This document shows, piece after piece, positions 52,563 through 61,376 of a stretch of DNA of 64,000 nucleotides. The position numbers were made by a program, and so were the translations under genes. The notes under the pieces were generated by a model. That model was not told where the DNA came from and made no database searches. It saw only the letters and a program-made list of their open reading frames with translations. The stretch's first letter is position 1. Each line of letters begins with the position of its first letter. Source of the DNA: Oscillospiraceae bacterium (GTDB lineage: Bacteria > Bacillota > Clostridia > Oscillospirales > Oscillospiraceae); NCBI GenBank assembly GCA_902801295.1, contig CADCHN010000021.1:13-64012 (forward strand). The letters run 5' to 3'.

Positions 52563-52774
52563 ATATCGCGCTCGGCATACGGGAGCAAGCCTCGCTTGAT
52601 CGATACGAGGGCTCGCTCAGCTCGCCTCAGGGTGTTTTTGCCAGGGCAAAGCCCTGCCAAAAACGATGAAACCTGTTTTGGAGCGGTCATACGAGGGCTC
52701 GCTCAGCTCGCCTCAGGGTGTTTTTGCCGGGGCAAAGCCCTGCCAAAAACGATGAAACCTGTTTTGGAGCGGTC
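52563..52774 (+). repeat. REP-like intergenic element with a 2 x 86-bp tandem duplication
   Basis: 52603-52688 and 52689-52774 differ at one position (ccaggg vs ccgggg). Each holds the hairpin tttttgc-cagggc-aaa-gccctg-ccaaaaa. Lies between yidD and yidC. Confidence 0.8.
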
Positions 52775-52795
52775 AGAGGGAGTCTTTCTGTGTTC

Positions 52796-53041
52796 TTACC
52801 GGGGTCTGTTTTCGCTGTTAAGTTCGGGGACAGGGTCGTAAATGCCGCGCTTCCCGTGATAAAAGGGATGGCAGCAGCAGATGCGTTTGGTCGCCATCCA
52901 GCCGCCCCGGAGGGCGCCGTAACGTTCGATGGCGGTCAGTGCATAGGCCGAGCAGGTGGGCATAAAACGGCAGCAGGGCGGGCGCGCCGGGGACAGAAAG
53001 CGCTGATAGAAGCGGATCAGCCAGATCAGCACCTGTTTCAT
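52796..53041 (-). CDS. yidD: Membrane protein insertion efficiency factor YidD
   Basis: [31 protein letters not shown]. Confidence 0.85.
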   Translation of the reverse strand: MKQVLIWLIRFYQRFLSPARPPCCRFMPTCSAYALTAIERYGALRGGWMATKRICCCHPFYHGKRGIYDPVPELNSENRPR

Positions 53042-53385
53042 GCGTCTTCCTCCCGGATCAGTCCAAGCTTGCCGCAGGCCTCCAGAAACGACGCCTCCAG
53101 TCTGCGGTAGGGCGCGTTGACGCTGCGCCCGCGGGCCACGACCACGATGTCCCAGCCCTGCTTGAGGACGGGCTCGCTGAGTCGGACGATCTCCCGCAGA
53201 CGACGGCGGACGCGGTTGCGCACCACGGCGTGGCCGAGTTTGACGGACACGGTGTAGCCCAGGCGGTTCTCTCCGCGCCGGTTCGGGCGGCAGTAGAGCA
53301 CCAGATAGGGCGTGGCCGCGCTCTTTCCCCTGGCGTACAGGCGCCGGAAATCACTGTTCTTTTTCAATGTGCGCCGGACGTTCAA
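53038..53385 (-). CDS. rnpA: Ribonuclease P protein component
   Basis: [28 protein letters not shown]. 4-nt overlap with yidD. Confidence 0.9.
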   Translation of the reverse strand: MNVRRTLKKNSDFRRLYARGKSAATPYLVLYCRPNRRGENRLGYTVSVKLGHAVVRNRVRRRLREIVRLSEPVLKQGWDIVVVARGRSVNAPYRRLEASFLEACGKLGLIREEDA

Positions 53386-53511
53386 AGGAATAGCACCTCG
53401 TTTTGCTGAAGCGAAAAGCGGCTTTGCTGTCGATTTTGCTGCACAAACACCGATAGGGCGGATCTCTCCGCCCTGAAAATCACTGTGTGTTTGACCTGCT
53501 CATGAGTGGGA

Positions 53512-53646
53512 TCAGTAGCTGAGCTTGGCTCTGCCTTTTGCTCTGCGGCGGGCAAGGACCTTGCGGCCGTTCGCAGTCTTCATTCTCTTGCGGAAGCCGT
53601 GCTCTTTCTTGCGCTGGAGCTTCTTGGGCTGGTAGGTACGAAGCAT
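53512..53646 (-). CDS. rpmH: 50S ribosomal protein L34
   Basis: Not in the ORF track (44 aa). The reverse complement translates to [44 protein letters not shown]. Confidence 0.9.
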   Translation of the reverse strand: MLRTYQPKKLQRKKEHGFRKRMKTANGRKVLARRRAKGRAKLSY

Positions 53647-53719
53647 TGTTCACTGCACTCCTTTCAGGCGTAATACTCAACATCGAAGGAAGGGTCCTCC
53701 GAAGTAGTTGACAAAAAAT

Positions 53720-53745
53720 CACCCGGCGGCAGATACCGCCGGGTG
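53720..53745 (-). terminator. Hairpin cacccggcgg-n6-ccgccgggtg with a minus-strand T-run (terminator of the antiporter gene, overlapping the rpmH transcription start region)
   Basis: 10-bp GC stem. A-run at 53713-53718 on the plus strand. Confidence 0.6.
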
Positions 53746-53748
53746 GCT

Positions 53749-53777
53749 ATTATAAATAAAAAATGTCAATCTGTCAA
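53749..53777 (-). promoter_or_regulatory. Consensus sigma-70 promoter upstream of rpmH
   Basis: Minus strand TTGACA (53772-53777), 17 nt, TATAAT (53749-53754). Confidence 0.65.
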
Positions 53778-53798
53778 CCAAAACTTGTTCCGATCGCT

Positions 53799-55094
53799 TC
53801 AGCGCTTTTTCGCAGCGGCCTCGGCCAGCTTGCGCTCACGGCGGGTGAGAACCTCCTGGCTGCGCGGCTGGATGTCTCCGGCCTTTGTCAGCGCCCACTT
53901 GGTCATCAGCGGGCCGACCAGCTCGTAGATCAGCACGGCAAAGAGCACAATGTTGCGGATCATCGGCCCGTCCCCGGGGAGCTTGGCGGCCGTGACGCAC
54001 ATGCCCAGGGCAACGCCCGCCTGCGGCAGCAGCGTGATGCCCAGATATTTGATGACGTTGCCGCTGCAGCGCACCAGCCGCGCCGACTCGCGCGCGCCGA
54101 AATATTTGCCGGCCGAGCGGGTGAGGATATAGATCACGCCGATCAGCACCGCGCTGCCCCTGGCAAACACGCCGAGCTCCAGCTCCGCGCCGGAGATCAC
54201 GAAAAACAGCACCATCAGCGGCGCCGACCACTTGTCCGCGCGCCCCATGATCTCCTCCGACAGCGGGCAGAGATTGCAGAAGACGCTGCCCATCATCATG
54301 CACACCAGCAGCGACGAGAAACTGATCTTCACCGGTCCGGCGGGGATGCGCAACATGGCGAGAGCCACCGTGACGAACACGAAGCCGATGGTCATGGCCA
54401 GGCGGTTGGTGTTGGAGTGGAACAGCTTTTCGAGTTCCGTCAGCGCGATGCCGGCGAGCGTGCCGAGCACCAGCGAGCCGACGATCTCGATCAGCGGGTC
54501 GACGACGATGGAGATCAGGTCCACCGAACCTGCGCTCAGGGCCTTGGCAATACCGAAGGACACGGCGAAAAGCACGAGGCCCACCGCGTCGTCCAGCGCG
54601 ACAATCGGCAGCAGCAGATCGGTCAGCGGGCCCTTGGCCTTGTACTGGCGCACGACCATCAATGTCGCGGCCGGCGCCGTGGCGGCGGCGATGGCGCCGA
54701 GGGTGATGGCCGCGGGAACGGAGAGCGCGTGCGGCGCGATGAGACACACGAGCAGCAGCGCCGCGTCCACCAGCAGCGTCGCGGCCACGGCCTGCAGCAC
54801 GCCGATCACCAGTGCCTGTTTGCCGGTCTCGCGCAGCTGCGAGAGGCGAAACTCATTGCCGATCGAAAAGGCGATAAAGCCAAGCGCGACCTGGGAAATG
54901 AGGCCCAGGCTCTCGAGCTCTTCGGCGCTGCCGAAGCCGAGTCCCGGGATATGCAGTGCGCCGATGCAGCAGGGCCCGATCAACACGCCCGCGATCAGAT
55001 ACGCCGTCACGTCAGGCAGCTTGAACTTGCCGAGCACACGGGTCATCATCAATCCCGCGAACATGGCGACGGATAAAGACAGTAATTCTAACAT
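53799..55094 (-). CDS. Cation:proton antiporter (Na+/H+ exchanger family, CPA2-like)
   Basis: 431 aa, 12 or more TM segments. N-terminal LKLPDVTAYLIAGVLIGP motif typical of the family. Confidence 0.8.
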   Translation of the reverse strand: MLELLSLSVAMFAGLMMTRVLGKFKLPDVTAYLIAGVLIGPCCIGALHIPGLGFGSAEELESLGLISQVALGFIAFSIGNEFRLSQLRETGKQALVIGVLQAVAATLLVDAALLLVCLIAPHALSVPAAITLGAIAAATAPAATLMVVRQYKAKGPLTDLLLPIVALDDAVGLVLFAVSFGIAKALSAGSVDLISIVVDPLIEIVGSLVLGTLAGIALTELEKLFHSNTNRLAMTIGFVFVTVALAMLRIPAGPVKISFSSLLVCMMMGSVFCNLCPLSEEIMGRADKWSAPLMVLFFVISGAELELGVFARGSAVLIGVIYILTRSAGKYFGARESARLVRCSGNVIKYLGITLLPQAGVALGMCVTAAKLPGDGPMIRNIVLFAVLIYELVGPLMTKWALTKAGDIQPRSQEVLTRRERKLAEAAAKKR

Positions 55095-55211
55095 GATTCA
55101 ACCTTCTTTCAAGCCGCGCCATTATAGCCCTCTCGCCGCTGTTTTGCAAGCCCTGAATATAAAAACTCCGCCGGCGTTCCGGCGGAGTTTTTGCCTTTGA
55201 ATGATTCTTTT

Positions 55212-58148
55212 CTACCAGTCGAAGCTGTCGGTGCCGGCGATGACCTTTTTGACGGTTAGCGTATCCTTCAGTTTGATCGTGCCGCTGCCATCCACGTCTC
55301 CGACGAGGAAGGGCAGGCCGCTGAGGGTCGCCGTGCCGGCAATGTGCTTTTTCAGCATCAGGTTATCCTTCAGCGCCACCTTGCCGTTCAGGTCAACGTC
55401 GCCCTTGAGCGCGATGGCGAGATGGTTGACGCCTCCTCTCAGCGCTAGCGTGAAGGTGTGATAGCTCCCGTCCATCGTGCATTCGCGCACCATGTACTCG
55501 TCGCCGAGCCGCGCCGCGACCAGCAGTGCCTTGTTCCCGTCGTCGTTTTCGACCGTAAAGCCGATACTGTCGCCATTGAGGTCAACATAGTCGAGGTAGG
55601 TCCACACCTTGCTGCCGGCATAGTTCGCGGCCCAGACCACATCCGACGCGCCCTGTGTGCCGTCAATGAGCGAACTCCAGCCCGTGCCGTTCGCCGGATA
55701 CGAGGCCAGGACGACGTCGGTCGCTCTGAAAACATTGGTGCCGAAGCTCGGTGCGTCGCCGTGGAAGTCCACGCATATCACGCTGCAACTGGCAAAAGCG
55801 TAGTTGCCGATCGCAGTCAGGCTGTCGGGCAGATAGACCTTATTGAGCATGACCATGCCGTAGAAGAGGTAATCGCCCAGCCTGGTGACGCCGTTATAGG
55901 AAAAGAGGGACTTGCACTCCTCCCGGAAGTTATAAAAGCCCGGGAATTGTCTGGGATAGTCCCAGGTTGAGCCGCTTCCGGAAATGTCCAGCGAGCCATA
56001 GGAGCTCAGATACCAGGTCACGTTGTCGCCGATCTTGTTGTCGCAAGCCCAGGTGATCGTGCCGTCGTAGTCCTGCATCACATCCGAGGTCCAGGAATAC
56101 ACCGGGTAGTAGAGCGCCACGGCGTCAACGCCCTGGAAGGCGCTGCTGCCGATCGTCGGCGCGTGGCCGCGGAAGCGGATCCGGTACAGCGAGGAGCAGC
56201 TGCGGAAGCAGTATCTGTCGACCAGCTCCACGTCCTTCCCCAGGTCTGCCGTCTCCAGGGCGGCCAGGTAGTCGAACAGGTATTTCCCCAGGGCGGTGAC
56301 GCCATCCTCCACGACAAGGCTTTTGATTTCACTCTTATTGCCGTAAAAAGAGGGATATCCGGTGACAAAATCCCAGGTCGGACCCGTGCCGGAGAGCGTC
56401 AGCGTGCCGTCCCCGCTCAAGGTCCAGGTCACATCGTCGCCAACCTGGCCTTTGCACATCCAGGTGATCGTGCCGCCGTAATCCTGCATCACCGAGGAGG
56501 TCCAGGACGAGTCGCCCGCCGGATACCAGGCCGTCGCCGTGACGCCGGAAAAGCAGTTGGAGGCGAAGGTCGGGGCGCTGCCCTTGAAGGTGATCGTCCG
56601 GAGCGCCGTCATCCGGCTGAACGCATACGCGGAGATCGAAGTCAGACTGGCGGAGAGATCGACGGTCGTGATCCGATCCATGCCGTAGAGCAGATAGGCG
56701 CCCACGCCGGTGACGCCGCTGCCGAACACAGCGGAGATGCACTCGGAACGGAAGGCATAAAATGCGGGCCACTTGGTGCTGAAGCCCCAGGTCGCGCCGC
56801 TGCCGCTGAAAAACAGCGCGCCGTTGCTGTATAGATTCCAGGTCACATTGTCGCCGATCTTGTCGTCACAGACCCAGCTCAGCGTACCGCCGTAGTTCTG
56901 GCGCACATCCGAGGTCCAGTCCCACACCGGGGGATAGTACGCCGTCGCGGTGAGGCCGCTAAAGGCATTTTTGCCGATATTCGTCGGCGGGTGCCCCAGG
57001 AAATGGATCTCTGTGATGGCGGAGCAGCCATAGAAAGCGTCGCTGCTGATGTCCTTCACGGAGGCCGGAAGGTCGAGCCTTTTGAGCCCTATGCAATCGG
57101 AGAACGCCGCCCGCTCGATAGATTCCAGCGTATCGGGAAGGGAAATGCTCTCCATCTTGCGCTGACTGGTGAAAAGACCCAGTCCCAAGCTCGTAATGCC
57201 GGAGCCCACCGTGACGGAGAGGATCCCGCTGATACTGAAAAAGCTTGGGTCCATGTACGTATTTCCCGAAGACCCGCTGGCAGAATATGTGGTGTTCTCA
57301 TAGCTCCAGGTCTTGCCGCTGCCGCTGAGGCTCAGCGCGCCGGAAGCCGGGTCGAAGTCCCAGGCGACATCATCGCCGCACCAGCCGTGATAGCCCGCCG
57401 TCCAGGTGAGGCTGCCGCCGTAATTCTGCCGCACGGACGCGGTCCAGCTGCTGTTGTCCGGCGGATACCAGGCCGTGGCGGCGGTGCCTTGAAAGGTCAG
57501 GGTGGGAAAAACCGGCGCATCCCCCAGGAAGCTGATCTCCTCCAGAGAGCTGCAGTTGCTGAAGGCAAAGCCTCCCAGATTCGGCCCGCCCCGGAGGGTC
57601 ACGCGCCTAAGACCGCTGCAGTCGGAGAAAGCTTTCAGGCCGATCGAAGTGATGGAGCGTCCGAGGTCCACATAGTCAAGCGCTCTGCAGTAGATAAAAG
57701 CTGCTTCGCCGATGCTTTTCAGCGTGTACGGCAGCGAGTGGCCCTGCTCTTCGGACCAGGCCATGCTGGAGCAGCCGGCAAAGGCGTAGGCGCCGATATG
57801 GGTGACGCCGTTGCCGATGGTCAGCCTGGTGATCCGGCCGCTGTACGTGTTGAACCAGGGGGACGGGCTGCTTACCGAATAGTCGTACATATCGCCGCTG
57901 CCGCTGATCTGAAGCAGCATGTCGTCGAAGAGCATCCAGTTCAGACTGTCGCCGCATTTCCCGCTGGCGATCACGGAGGCCTGGCGCTCCGCATCCGGCC
58001 CGGGCGCAGTGGCATCCGGCTCATCAATGACGGAAAGGACTTCGTCCTCCGGTTCGTCCACGATCACGATGTCCTCGGCACTCGCCGCGGGCAGCAGCGA
58101 CAGGCAGAGGCAGAGGCAAAGCAGCAGGGCAAAAAAACGCTTGCTCAT
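55212..58148 (-). CDS. Secreted BspA-type LRR (LRR_5) protein with a C-terminal type-I dockerin
   Basis: Start at MSKRFFALLLCLCLCLSLLPAASA (ATG 58148). Repeated modules ..GDNVTW.L...G.L..SGSG.TW.. plus LRR_5 units. Dockerin duplicates GDVDLNGKVALKDNLMLKKHIAG and GDVDGSGTIKLKDTLTVKKVIAG. Confidence 0.8.
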   Translation of the reverse strand: MSKRFFALLLCLCLCLSLLPAASAEDIVIVDEPEDEVLSVIDEPDATAPGPDAERQASVIASGKCGDSLNWMLFDDMLLQISGSGDMYDYSVSSPSPWFNTYSGRITRLTIGNGVTHIGAYAFAGCSSMAWSEEQGHSLPYTLKSIGEAAFIYCRALDYVDLGRSITSIGLKAFSDCSGLRRVTLRGGPNLGGFAFSNCSSLEEISFLGDAPVFPTLTFQGTAATAWYPPDNSSWTASVRQNYGGSLTWTAGYHGWCGDDVAWDFDPASGALSLSGSGKTWSYENTTYSASGSSGNTYMDPSFFSISGILSVTVGSGITSLGLGLFTSQRKMESISLPDTLESIERAAFSDCIGLKRLDLPASVKDISSDAFYGCSAITEIHFLGHPPTNIGKNAFSGLTATAYYPPVWDWTSDVRQNYGGTLSWVCDDKIGDNVTWNLYSNGALFFSGSGATWGFSTKWPAFYAFRSECISAVFGSGVTGVGAYLLYGMDRITTVDLSASLTSISAYAFSRMTALRTITFKGSAPTFASNCFSGVTATAWYPAGDSSWTSSVMQDYGGTITWMCKGQVGDDVTWTLSGDGTLTLSGTGPTWDFVTGYPSFYGNKSEIKSLVVEDGVTALGKYLFDYLAALETADLGKDVELVDRYCFRSCSSLYRIRFRGHAPTIGSSAFQGVDAVALYYPVYSWTSDVMQDYDGTITWACDNKIGDNVTWYLSSYGSLDISGSGSTWDYPRQFPGFYNFREECKSLFSYNGVTRLGDYLFYGMVMLNKVYLPDSLTAIGNYAFASCSVICVDFHGDAPSFGTNVFRATDVVLASYPANGTGWSSLIDGTQGASDVVWAANYAGSKVWTYLDYVDLNGDSIGFTVENDDGNKALLVAARLGDEYMVRECTMDGSYHTFTLALRGGVNHLAIALKGDVDLNGKVALKDNLMLKKHIAGTATLSGLPFLVGDVDGSGTIKLKDTLTVKKVIAGTDSFDW

Positions 58149-58322
58149 GGTTTTTCCTCCTTTATCTTTACACCCGTCCGACTCTCGTCGGTCCCGTTTG
58201 AATGACGTACAAGCTTCCAAAATAACTATATCGTTTTACCGTGTAAAAGTCAAGGCGAAAAGCACGCCGCGGCAGGGCTTTTCATAGGATGGAGCAAGTT
58301 TTCGATCCGAGGAGGATGTCTG

Positions 58323-59285
58323 ATGCTGATTGTTCAGAAATTCGGCGGCAGCTCGCTGGCAGGGCCGGAGCGCCTGCGCCGCGCCGCCGCGATCATATCC
58401 AAAACCCGCCGTCAGGGGCACGCGGTGATCGCCGTCGTGTCCGCCATGGGAGACACGACCGACGACCTGCTGACGCTTGCCCACGAGCTGACGCCCTCTC
58501 CCCCGCCCCGTGAGCTGGACGCGCTGCTCGGCACCGGCGAGCAGCAGTCCGCGGCGCTGCTGGCCATCACGCTCGACAGCATCGGCGAGGCCGCCCGTTC
58601 CCTCTCCGGTGCCCAGGCCGGCATCTTCGCCGCCGGCGCGCACGGGGACGGGCGCATTGCGCTGATGTTCCCCCGCCGCCTGCTGGAAACGCTGGACGAG
58701 GAGCGCGTGGCCGTGGTCTGCGGCTTTCAGGGTCTTGACGCCGAGGGCGACCTGATCACGCTCGGCCGCGGCGGTTCGGACACCAGCGCCGTGGCGATCG
58801 CTGCTGCGCTGCGCGCCGACCGCTGTGAGATCTACACCGACGTGGACGGCATCTACACCGCCGATCCCCGCCTGCTGCCGGAGGCGCGGTATTTGACCGC
58901 CGTCGACTACGAGGATATGCTGCGTCTGGCAGAGGCCGGCTCCCAGGTGCTGCACGACCGCTCGGTTCGCCTGGCGATGGAGCAGAACGTGACGATCACG
59001 CTGCGCTCCTCCTTCACCGGGGAGGGCGGCTCCGTCGTGCGCCGGCTGGATGAATCCGAGCGTCCGCCCTACGCGGGTCTGACGCGGAACGCGGAGGCGG
59101 GCACGCTGACGCTGGTCGGGCGCGACGCAGGTGCCGAGGGGCTCTCCCGTCTGGTGCTGGCGCTGGCCGAGGAGGGCCTGCCGGTGCTCGGCGGCGCTCT
59201 GGGCGAGGGCTATCTGCGCGTACAGCTGCCGCCGGAGCGCCTCGAAGAGGGCATGCGGCTCTGCCATCGCCTGTTTCTGGAATGA
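58323..59285 (+). CDS. Aspartate kinase (short form, reduced ACT region)
   Basis: [56 protein letters not shown]. Confidence 0.85.
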   Translation: MLIVQKFGGSSLAGPERLRRAAAIISKTRRQGHAVIAVVSAMGDTTDDLLTLAHELTPSPPPRELDALLGTGEQQSAALLAITLDSIGEAARSLSGAQAGIFAAGAHGDGRIALMFPRRLLETLDEERVAVVCGFQGLDAEGDLITLGRGGSDTSAVAIAAALRADRCEIYTDVDGIYTADPRLLPEARYLTAVDYEDMLRLAEAGSQVLHDRSVRLAMEQNVTITLRSSFTGEGGSVVRRLDESERPPYAGLTRNAEAGTLTLVGRDAGAEGLSRLVLALAEEGLPVLGGALGEGYLRVQLPPERLEEGMRLCHRLFLE

Positions 59286-59373
59286 ATCTTAAAAAACGCC
59301 GCAGAATTTGCCAAGCGGCGCAGATTGTGCTATTCTGAAGAAAATAACCCACCGAAATCTGACAGGAGCCAAT

Positions 59374-60288
59374 ATGAAACGAAGGATTCTTGCAGCGGCG
59401 CTTCTTCTCGCGCTGCTGCTGAGCGGCTGCGGCGGCGAAGCTCCGCCGCCCGCCGAAACATCTGCGGCAGCGACGCCGGCGTCCACGCCCAAACCGACGC
59501 CGGCGCCGACCCCCACGCCGGAACCGGAGCCTCCGGCCGAACAATTCCCCTATGACTACGAGGAACTGCTCGCCGACACGGAGGATTTTTCCCTCGCCGT
59601 GACGGCGCTCGGCGTGGACCGCGAGGACAACTGGGTCGTCCATCTGCGCCTGGAGAACCGCTCCCATGAAATCATGAGCTTCCGCTTCCTCTACCAGAGC
59701 ATCAACGGGCTTGCGATCGAGGACACGCTGACCTACCGCGTCGCCGTCGGCGGCGTGCTGGAGCCGAGCTTTCGCATCCTGCGGGAGGAGATGGCCGCGT
59801 GGGGCTTCGATGAGCCGGTGCAGTGGAGCTTTACGCTGAAGGTCACTTCCGCCGAGGCCAACCGCGAGCCCTGCTTCTTTGAGGAGCTGTCGGCCTCTCC
59901 CTTCGGCGAGAAAAACGCCGTACGCTATGAATATCTCCCCGGCCCGATGGACTTCGTTGCGATGGACAACGACTATGCCACGGTCTATATCACCGGCTGG
60001 GAGCCGGAGGACGGGGGCTTGAGCATCGAGTACGTGGCTGTGAGCCGCTGTGACAAGCCGCTGCTGCTGGTGCTGCCGGACGGGGAGGTTTTGCTGGACG
60101 GCCGGGCGCACAGCGCCACGCTGAAGGACGGCTTCGGCGCCTATGCCACGCTGATGGGCTACATCCCGGCGGCGGACTGGCCGGGGGACGCCCGTCCCCA
60201 GTCCATCGAGCTGCGTCTTGCGCTGGCTGACCCCGGGGAATGGGGTGACCCGATCATCGACGACACTGAGGTTGTTTTCAGTCATTAA
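59374..60288 (+). CDS. Hypothetical lipoprotein
   Basis: MKRRILAAALLLALLLSGC lipobox, Pro/Thr/Ala linker. No recognised domain. Confidence 0.55.
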   Translation: MKRRILAAALLLALLLSGCGGEAPPPAETSAAATPASTPKPTPAPTPTPEPEPPAEQFPYDYEELLADTEDFSLAVTALGVDREDNWVVHLRLENRSHEIMSFRFLYQSINGLAIEDTLTYRVAVGGVLEPSFRILREEMAAWGFDEPVQWSFTLKVTSAEANREPCFFEELSASPFGEKNAVRYEYLPGPMDFVAMDNDYATVYITGWEPEDGGLSIEYVAVSRCDKPLLLVLPDGEVLLDGRAHSATLKDGFGAYATLMGYIPAADWPGDARPQSIELRLALADPGEWGDPIIDDTEVVFSH

Positions 60289-60335
60289 AAAAGCATCCGG
60301 GAGGCGTTGCCTCCCGGATGCTTTCTATTGTCAAA

Positions 60336-61184
60336 CTATGACAGGCTGCGTTCCGCGGCCTCGACCAGGTGCGCCATCAGCACCGACGGGGTGACCGCGC
60401 CGACGCCGCCGGGCACCGGGCTCACCGCCGCAGCGATCTGGCCGGCCTCCTCGGTACGCACGTCGCCGCAGAGCTTACCGTCCACGCTGTTGACGCCGAC
60501 GTCCAGGATCACCTGGCCGGGGCGCGTGTGTTCACTGCCGATCAGTCCCGCGCGGCCCGCGGCGACGACCAGGATGTCCGCCTCGCGGCAGACGGCGGGC
60601 AGCTCCGGCGTACGGCTGTGGCAGAGGGTGACGGTGGCGTCCCGCTGCAGCAGCAGCTGTCCCACCGGGCGGCCGATGACGAGGCTGCGCCCGACGACGG
60701 CGGCGCGCTTGCCCGCCGGGTCGATCCCGTAGAATTTCAGCATCTCCAGGCAGGCCTGGGCCGTGCATGGGGCGAAGGCGTCCTTCCGCCCGGCAAAGAG
60801 CGCGCCGAGCGCGCGGCAGCCCATGCCGTCCAGATCTTTTTCCGGCACGAGCGCGTCGCAGACCTTGACGCTGTCCATGTGCTTCGGCAGCGGCCGCAGC
60901 AGCAGGCAGCCGTGGATCAGAGGATCGGCGTTCACTTCTTCGATTTTGGCGATCAGCGCCTCCTGCGTGCAGTCCGCGGGCAGCGCGATGCTCTCCGCCG
61001 CGCAGCCGAGCTTTTCACAGTTGCGCAGGATGCTGCGCTCATAGGTCATGTCGCCCGGGTCCTCGCCCAGACGGATCACCGCCAGACGCGGCGTCACGCC
61101 CTGTTCCGCCAGCGCCGCGACGCGCCGCGCCAGATCTTCCTTGATCGCGTCCGCCACCGGGCGGCCAAGCAGCTGTTCAGCCAT
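60336..61184 (-). CDS. folD: Bifunctional methylenetetrahydrofolate dehydrogenase/cyclohydrolase
   Basis: Start at MAEQLLGRPVA (ATG 61184, GGAGGAGG RBS). TPRLAVIRLGEDPGDMTYERS, VVGRSLVIGRPV, SPVPGGVGAVT. The track ORF extends spuriously to 62363. Confidence 0.92.
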   Translation of the reverse strand: MAEQLLGRPVADAIKEDLARRVAALAEQGVTPRLAVIRLGEDPGDMTYERSILRNCEKLGCAAESIALPADCTQEALIAKIEEVNADPLIHGCLLLRPLPKHMDSVKVCDALVPEKDLDGMGCRALGALFAGRKDAFAPCTAQACLEMLKFYGIDPAGKRAAVVGRSLVIGRPVGQLLLQRDATVTLCHSRTPELPAVCREADILVVAAGRAGLIGSEHTRPGQVILDVGVNSVDGKLCGDVRTEEAGQIAAAVSPVPGGVGAVTPSVLMAHLVEAAERSLS

Positions 61185-61376
61185 GATGATTCCTCCTCCG
61201 GCCCGCGGGCCGTTTTTTGTTTTTCCCCACTTTACCACAGCAGCGCGCGGAAAGCAAGGCGGGCTTTCTTTATTTAAATAGTTGTTTACAAGGTTTCCCG
61301 GATTTGATATAATTATCGTGGTTAAATAGCATAGTCCATTCCAACCATACAGGAAATTCGGAAAGGAGATCATACC

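Noticed and set aside
53386-53800. Chromosomal origin (oriC/dnaA) next to rpmH-rnpA-yidC-jag
   Set aside because: There is no dnaA gene in the window, and I could not find TTATCCACA-type DnaA boxes or an AT-rich unwinding element in the flanking spacers. A transporter gene lies upstream of rpmH instead.
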